Origin: Rhodoluna sp.
Lineage (GTDB): Bacteria > Actinomycetota > Actinomycetes > Actinomycetales > Microbacteriaceae
Reading direction: 5' to 3'
Assembly (NCBI GenBank): GCA_044378505.1
Contig: JBILXL010000001.1
Location: forward strand, 1-41,117
DNA length: 41,117 nucleotides
Part shown: positions 36,841 through 41,117 of the stretch, in pieces
Position numbering within the stretch: position 1 is the first letter of the stretch
How the letters are laid out: every line of letters starts with the position of its first letter
Translations under genes and position numbers: made by a program
The notes under the pieces: generated by a model
Databases searched by the model: none
What the model saw: the letters and a program-made list of their open reading frames with translations, nothing else
Told to the model about the DNA's origin: nothing

Positions 36841-38859
36841 TTATTTCAGAGCACTAGTTCTAGCAAGTGCTAGTTGAGCGTTGATGATTCCCGCACCACA
36901 ACCACCAATGATTGCGCAATTAGAGGTTGGGGCAAATGGTCTAACCGAGTCTTGGAGAATTGCTCTTACCCTTGCCGGGGTGATGTTGGGTTGCATCGAA
37001 TACATCAAAGCCACGATTGCTGAAACTACCGGGGTGGCCATGCTGGTGCCCTCAGAAAGACGGTAGGAGGGCAAGTTCGCAGCATCAACCCAGGAGGAGA
37101 TGATTCCTCCGCGTGAATCTGGAGACTCGGTTGAACCGATGTTGAACTCACCTCCGGGTGCAGATAGCAAAGTGCCGCTTCCAAAGTTTGAATATGTTGC
37201 TCTATCCCCCAAAGCTTGAGTAGCCACAACGGTGATTACGCCGTTGCAGTTACCTGGGAATGATAGTGATGCTCTGCTCTCATTTCCTGCAGCAGCAATC
37301 ACGGTGATGCCTTTAGCAATCGCCGCATCAAAAATTGACGCGTAGCCACCGGTGCAAGAAACTACTTCTTTCGCACCGAGGGATAAATTGATTACCGAAA
37401 CCGGGAACTTGTTTTGTGGGATACCAGCTATTTTCACTCCGGCTGCCCAGTTGACCGCTTTTACGAGGTCAGAGATTGTTCCGCCGTCTTTACCGAGAGC
37501 TCTGATCGGCAACAGCTTTACGTTCGGGGCAATACCCGCTGATCCAAGAAAATCGTGCTCGGCAGCAATAATGCCGGCAACGTGAGTTCCATGGAAACTG
37601 TTTCCGCCTGAGGAATCACCCTCATCGTTTGGGTTTGAGTCTTCGCCGTCGCCATCAGCGGCGTTTGCTAGCTCGGAGACAAAGTCATACCCGTAAATAC
37701 TGCCATCGGCGTTTCTAGTTAGGGCCTTGTCAATCTGCTGGTGAGATCTGATACCGGTGTCGATCACCGCAACTACTTTGTAGCCATCGCCCTTCGAGTA
37801 TTTCCAGGCAGTTGGCATAGAAACGCCATTTTTACCATTGAGGTACCACTGCAGCGGAAAGTACAAATCATTTGCCGGGACGGTGGCATTCGAACTTGAA
37901 ATGCCAAGCTCATTGGTTGCGAAGACCTCAACTGTGTAGGTGGTATCTGGCAGTAGCTCAGGGAATTGACACCTGGTTGCGTTGCATAAAGAAGTCTCGA
38001 CCGATTCAATGTCAGCCGCGGTGGCAACAGCTCGATATCTAACCGCACTGGCTGCGAATCCACCCCGATCAGAAATTGACTGTTCGAGGTAAGTGACGTT
38101 TCCAGGACCGACTCTTGGCGCAGAAGTTACATAGACGGGCTTCGGAGCGGTTCTAACTGTTGCTGAAGCGGTGTTTGATGATGCGCCAACAGTGTTGAGC
38201 TCGGAGCCATCGTTGGTTATGGCCCGCACCCGGAATCGATAGCTGATTCCAGCCCGAATTCCATCGCTGACAAATATTCGTGTGTCGCTGCTGCCGGTGT
38301 TAGATATCAATGTCTGGTAGCTGGCGCCACCGTTGGAAGAGTACTGAACTCGGTATCCAACAATTTTTGCCCCGTAGCGTTTGGATGGGGTCTTCCAGCT
38401 AAGCCGCACTCTGGCTTGGTCACTGGCGGTTGCGCTAAGGGCCGGTTTAGCAACGAGTGAAATTGGGCCTGATGCCGCTCGGGCCTGAGTAAGAATTGGG
38501 CGATTAGAAATATTCGCCGAGGCCTTTTCGATAGCGAGGTTTGGCTCAGCCCAGATAATTCTTCGATCAAGCACCATGCGCTTGATCCAAATCTTTGCCA
38601 GAGTTTTGTCCATCGGCTCAACAAAGTTCAGAGCGAAAAGTCCCCCACCAAGATCTTCACTGACAACTTTGCCTCGAAGTAAGTTTGCTCCGGTTGGTTC
38701 ACCGTTTGGTGCCACGGCTTCAACGCCGGCCGAGTACTGAACCAACACTCCGGAGATTTTCTCGGGTGACTGGGCTGTTGCGGCGCTAGCTGCAGGAGCG
38801 ACACCGCTAACTAGCAGAGCTGTCATAGCAATAGACAGCAAACATCCCCGAAGGCTCAT
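36841..38859 (-). CDS. Secreted S8 (subtilase) serine protease with FN3-like modules
   Basis: Signal peptide, catalytic triad motifs VIDTG / FHGTHVAG / GTSMATP and oxyanion AAGN. FN3-like segments LSWKTP...YRVQYS...YRFRVRA and LLPDTTYTVEVFATN. Confidence 0.92.
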   Translation of the reverse strand: MSLRGCLLSIAMTALLVSGVAPAASAATAQSPEKISGVLVQYSAGVEAVAPNGEPTGANLLRGKVVSEDLGGGLFALNFVEPMDKTLAKIWIKRMVLDRRIIWAEPNLAIEKASANISNRPILTQARAASGPISLVAKPALSATASDQARVRLSWKTPSKRYGAKIVGYRVQYSSNGGASYQTLISNTGSSDTRIFVSDGIRAGISYRFRVRAITNDGSELNTVGASSNTASATVRTAPKPVYVTSAPRVGPGNVTYLEQSISDRGGFAASAVRYRAVATAADIESVETSLCNATRCQFPELLPDTTYTVEVFATNELGISSSNATVPANDLYFPLQWYLNGKNGVSMPTAWKYSKGDGYKVVAVIDTGIRSHQQIDKALTRNADGSIYGYDFVSELANAADGDGEDSNPNDEGDSSGGNSFHGTHVAGIIAAEHDFLGSAGIAPNVKLLPIRALGKDGGTISDLVKAVNWAAGVKIAGIPQNKFPVSVINLSLGAKEVVSCTGGYASIFDAAIAKGITVIAAAGNESRASLSFPGNCNGVITVVATQALGDRATYSNFGSGTLLSAPGGEFNIGSTESPDSRGGIISSWVDAANLPSYRLSEGTSMATPVVSAIVALMYSMQPNITPARVRAILQDSVRPFAPTSNCAIIGGCGAGIINAQLALARTSALK

Positions 38860-38871
38860 ATCTTCAACCTA

Positions 38872-39453
38872 TCAGAGGCTTTTTTGCATCAGGATTGTTC
38901 CCAGCCAACGGTCAAACTTGAAGCCAACCTTGGCAAGGTGACCCTGTTTTTTGAATCCAAATTGTTCGTGAAGTCGCACTGATGATTCAGCTCCGCTGTC
39001 GGAAATCACAGCAACAACTTCCTTGACTCCGGCTTGCTTAGAGAGGGCAAGCAGCTCTTCGAGCAACTTCGTTCCGATTCGTTTTCTAGTTGCTGCTGCA
39101 CGCAGGTAGATGCTGTCTTCGACAGTTCTCCGATAGGCGGATTTTTGACGCCAGGGAGCAACATAGGCAAATCCGAGAATCTCGCCGCTTTCAGTTTCGG
39201 CAACGATAAAGGGTAGTTTTTGCTTGTTTAGGTACTCGAGCTTTTCTTCCCACGCACTAAGCTGCATTATCTGTTCATCAAAAGTCACCACTGAGTTTTG
39301 TATATAGAAGTTATAGATCTCGCAAATCGCGAAGCAATCCTTCGGCTGGGCAGCCCTGATGCTAAGAGTTAGAGGCCTGTCGGTATCTTCACGGAATCCG
39401 CGAGCGCGAAAGCGCCTGATTAATCTCCAGCGAGATGTTGAATCAAGACCCAC
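38872..39453 (-). CDS. GNAT acetyltransferase, phosphinothricin/methionine-sulfoximine acetyltransferase-like
   Basis: IYNFYI..SVVTF, AYRRTVEDSIY, SVRLHEQFGF and VGFKFDRWL. GTG 39453 follows SD AGGAG. Confidence 0.88.
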   Translation of the reverse strand: MGLDSTSRWRLIRRFRARGFREDTDRPLTLSIRAAQPKDCFAICEIYNFYIQNSVVTFDEQIMQLSAWEEKLEYLNKQKLPFIVAETESGEILGFAYVAPWRQKSAYRRTVEDSIYLRAAATRKRIGTKLLEELLALSKQAGVKEVVAVISDSGAESSVRLHEQFGFKKQGHLAKVGFKFDRWLGTILMQKSL

Positions 39454-39461
39454 GGCTACTC

Positions 39462-40097
39462 CTAACAGGACCAATCTATCGGGGCCAGGCCCTTTGCTTG
39501 AAGAGCCGAATTCACTCTGGAATAGATCCGTGATCCAAAAAAGCCACGCGAGGCAGAAAGCGGACTGGGGTGAGTGGCCTGAATAACCTCCCCCTCCACA
39601 ATCAACGCACTTAGCTTTTTGGCATGCTCACCAAGGCTTAGACAAACCAGAGAGCTCGAATCCAGTTGCCCAATAACTGCCTTAGTAAATCCAATCCAGA
39701 TCTTGGCGTGGGCACCGGGAGCTCCAATTGTGGTGGTCAAGGCGGAATTGAGCAGCATCACACCCTGAGCGCTCCAACGATCCAGTTGACCGGAATTTGA
39801 AACTTGAGATAAATCGGCGGCCAGTTCTTTCATTAGGTTTTTTAGACTTTGAGGTTGCCTGCTTGCATCAGACACCGCAAATGCCAAGCCGCAGGCAACA
39901 TCTTTGGTGGGATAGGGATCTTGGCCAACCAATAACACCTTCACCGACTCGAAGGGCTCTTGGAACGCGCGCATCACCAAGGCTGGTGGCGGGGTGATCT
40001 GCTGCTCTGAGATTAGCTGAGCCTCGATCTCGGTTAGCAGGTCTTTGCTTGCCGAAAGCCTGGCTTGCCAAGAGGGATGCATGGAGCTAAAGAACAT
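39462..40097 (-). CDS. ung: Uracil-DNA glycosylase (family 1)
   Basis: GQDPY, GLAF, QGVMLLN and HPSPLSA. ATG 40097 lies 6 nt after TACCCT. Confidence 0.95.
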   Translation of the reverse strand: MFFSSMHPSWQARLSASKDLLTEIEAQLISEQQITPPPALVMRAFQEPFESVKVLLVGQDPYPTKDVACGLAFAVSDASRQPQSLKNLMKELAADLSQVSNSGQLDRWSAQGVMLLNSALTTTIGAPGAHAKIWIGFTKAVIGQLDSSSLVCLSLGEHAKKLSALIVEGEVIQATHPSPLSASRGFFGSRIYSRVNSALQAKGLAPIDWSC

Positions 40098-40136
40098 GTA
40101 TAAAGGGTATGGCTTCCGTGGTGGCACAATGATTGC

Positions 40137-41117
40137 ATGACCCAGTCAATTCTTGAGCAAGCCCAATCAATGCTGCCTGAGCTTCAGTCCCTCAGGCGAA
40201 AGCTCCACCAGATTCCTGAGTTTGGACTTGAACTACCAAACACGCTCAAGGTAATCCTCGATGAGATTTCCCCTCTTGGCGAAATCACTTTGGGTAAATC
40301 CATCACCTCTGCAGTTCTGCACATAAAAGGAGATCTTCCAGGGCCAACCGTATTGTTGCGTGCCGATATGGATGCGCTTGCGGTAATTGAAGACACTGGA
40401 GTTCCATACGCCTCAACCAATGGCTTTATGCATGCCTGTGGTCACGATTTACACATGGCCATGGGAGTTGGAGCCGCAAAGATTCTTGCATCAAGAAAGT
40501 CAGAACTCAAAGGTGAAGTGATCATCTTTTTCCAACCTGGCGAAGAAGGCCATCACGGAGCCGATGTGATGATCGAAGAACAAGCTCTGATGGTTTCTGG
40601 ATCAAAACCAATTCGGGCCTACGGTCTGCATGTCTTTAGCTCATACCCGGTTGGAATGATGGGCTCTCGAAGCGGGCCTTTGATGGCATCTGCCGGAGAC
40701 TTACTTGTAACTGTCACCGGTAGCGGTGGACATGGTTCTATGCCATGGTTATCCAAGGATCCAATCAGCGTGCTAAACGAGATTATGTCTGCTTTGCAAA
40801 CCATGGTGACTAAGCGTTTCAGTGCGTTTGATCCTGTGATTGTAAACATTGGTTGGGTAAGGGCTGGAGATACTGCAACCACAAACGTTATTCCTGAAAC
40901 TGCGTCGTTCGGCGCAACTGTCAGAGTGTTCTCCGAGGAAAATGCCACCAAGCTAAAGCAATACACCCAGGAGCTTGTCGACTCAATTGCAACCGGATTT
41001 GGCTTGAGTGCAACGATTGAATTCTCAAGAGCTACAAAAGTTCTAATGAATGACCCTCAAGCAATCTCTTCGGTAGAGAAAGTAACCAGTGAACTATTTG
41101 GCACTAGCCGATACATC
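40137..41117 (+). CDS. M20 family amidohydrolase (3' part runs off the window end)
   Basis: Absent from the ORF track. Reads MTQSILEQ...RRKLHQIPE, LRADMDAL, MHACGHD, FQPGEEG and GGHGS. Confidence 0.93.
   Translation, partial: MTQSILEQAQSMLPELQSLRRKLHQIPEFGLELPNTLKVILDEISPLGEITLGKSITSAVLHIKGDLPGPTVLLRADMDALAVIEDTGVPYASTNGFMHACGHDLHMAMGVGAAKILASRKSELKGEVIIFFQPGEEGHHGADVMIEEQALMVSGSKPIRAYGLHVFSSYPVGMMGSRSGPLMASAGDLLVTVTGSGGHGSMPWLSKDPISVLNEIMSALQTMVTKRFSAFDPVIVNIGWVRAGDTATTNVIPETASFGATVRVFSEENATKLKQYTQELVDSIATGFGLSATIEFSRATKVLMNDPQAISSVEKVTSELFGTSRYI

Noticed and set aside
36700-38859. Island inserted at tRNA-Leu carrying the S8 protease
   Set aside because: No repeat of the tRNA 3' end and no mobility genes were seen. 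The protease is followed directly by GNAT and ung.
1-41117. CRISPR arrays, tandem repeats, rRNA, IS elements or anti-phage defence genes
   Set aside because: No regularly spaced repeats or recognisable cas, transposase or defence motifs were seen, and nearly all the sequence is accounted for by the genes called.

Overview
Gene-dense chromosomal window of roughly 50% GC from an actinobacterium. Gene content, compact spacing and protein style suggest a streamlined Microbacteriaceae of the Aquiluna/Rhodoluna type (inference). It is mostly core genome: smc(partial)-mutM-rnc-rpmF-yceD-coaD-recG, rsmD, gltA-dapC-fdxA-PIG-L/MshB-like-typA, a peptide ABC transporter, ssrA-smpB-ftsX-ftsE-prfB, tRNA-Leu(TAG), ung and a partial M20 amidohydrolase. 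I found no integrase, transposase, CRISPR array or rRNA. The most notable elements are: (i) a minimal Tad/Flp pilus locus with a 52-aa pilin missed by the ORF track, in which no prepilin has the canonical Glu+5 and whose promoter region holds a perfect DnaA box and a palindrome; (ii) two tandem secreted Asp-box beta-propeller-like proteins of unknown function; (iii) a GT2 + GT-C-like glycosylation cassette directly downstream of tmRNA; (iv) a PH-domain membrane gene sitting antisense inside the peptide ABC operon; (v) an S8 protease with FN3-like modules ahead of its catalytic domain. All family assignments come from motif recognition by eye, not from database searches. I cannot establish that any of these is previously undescribed.
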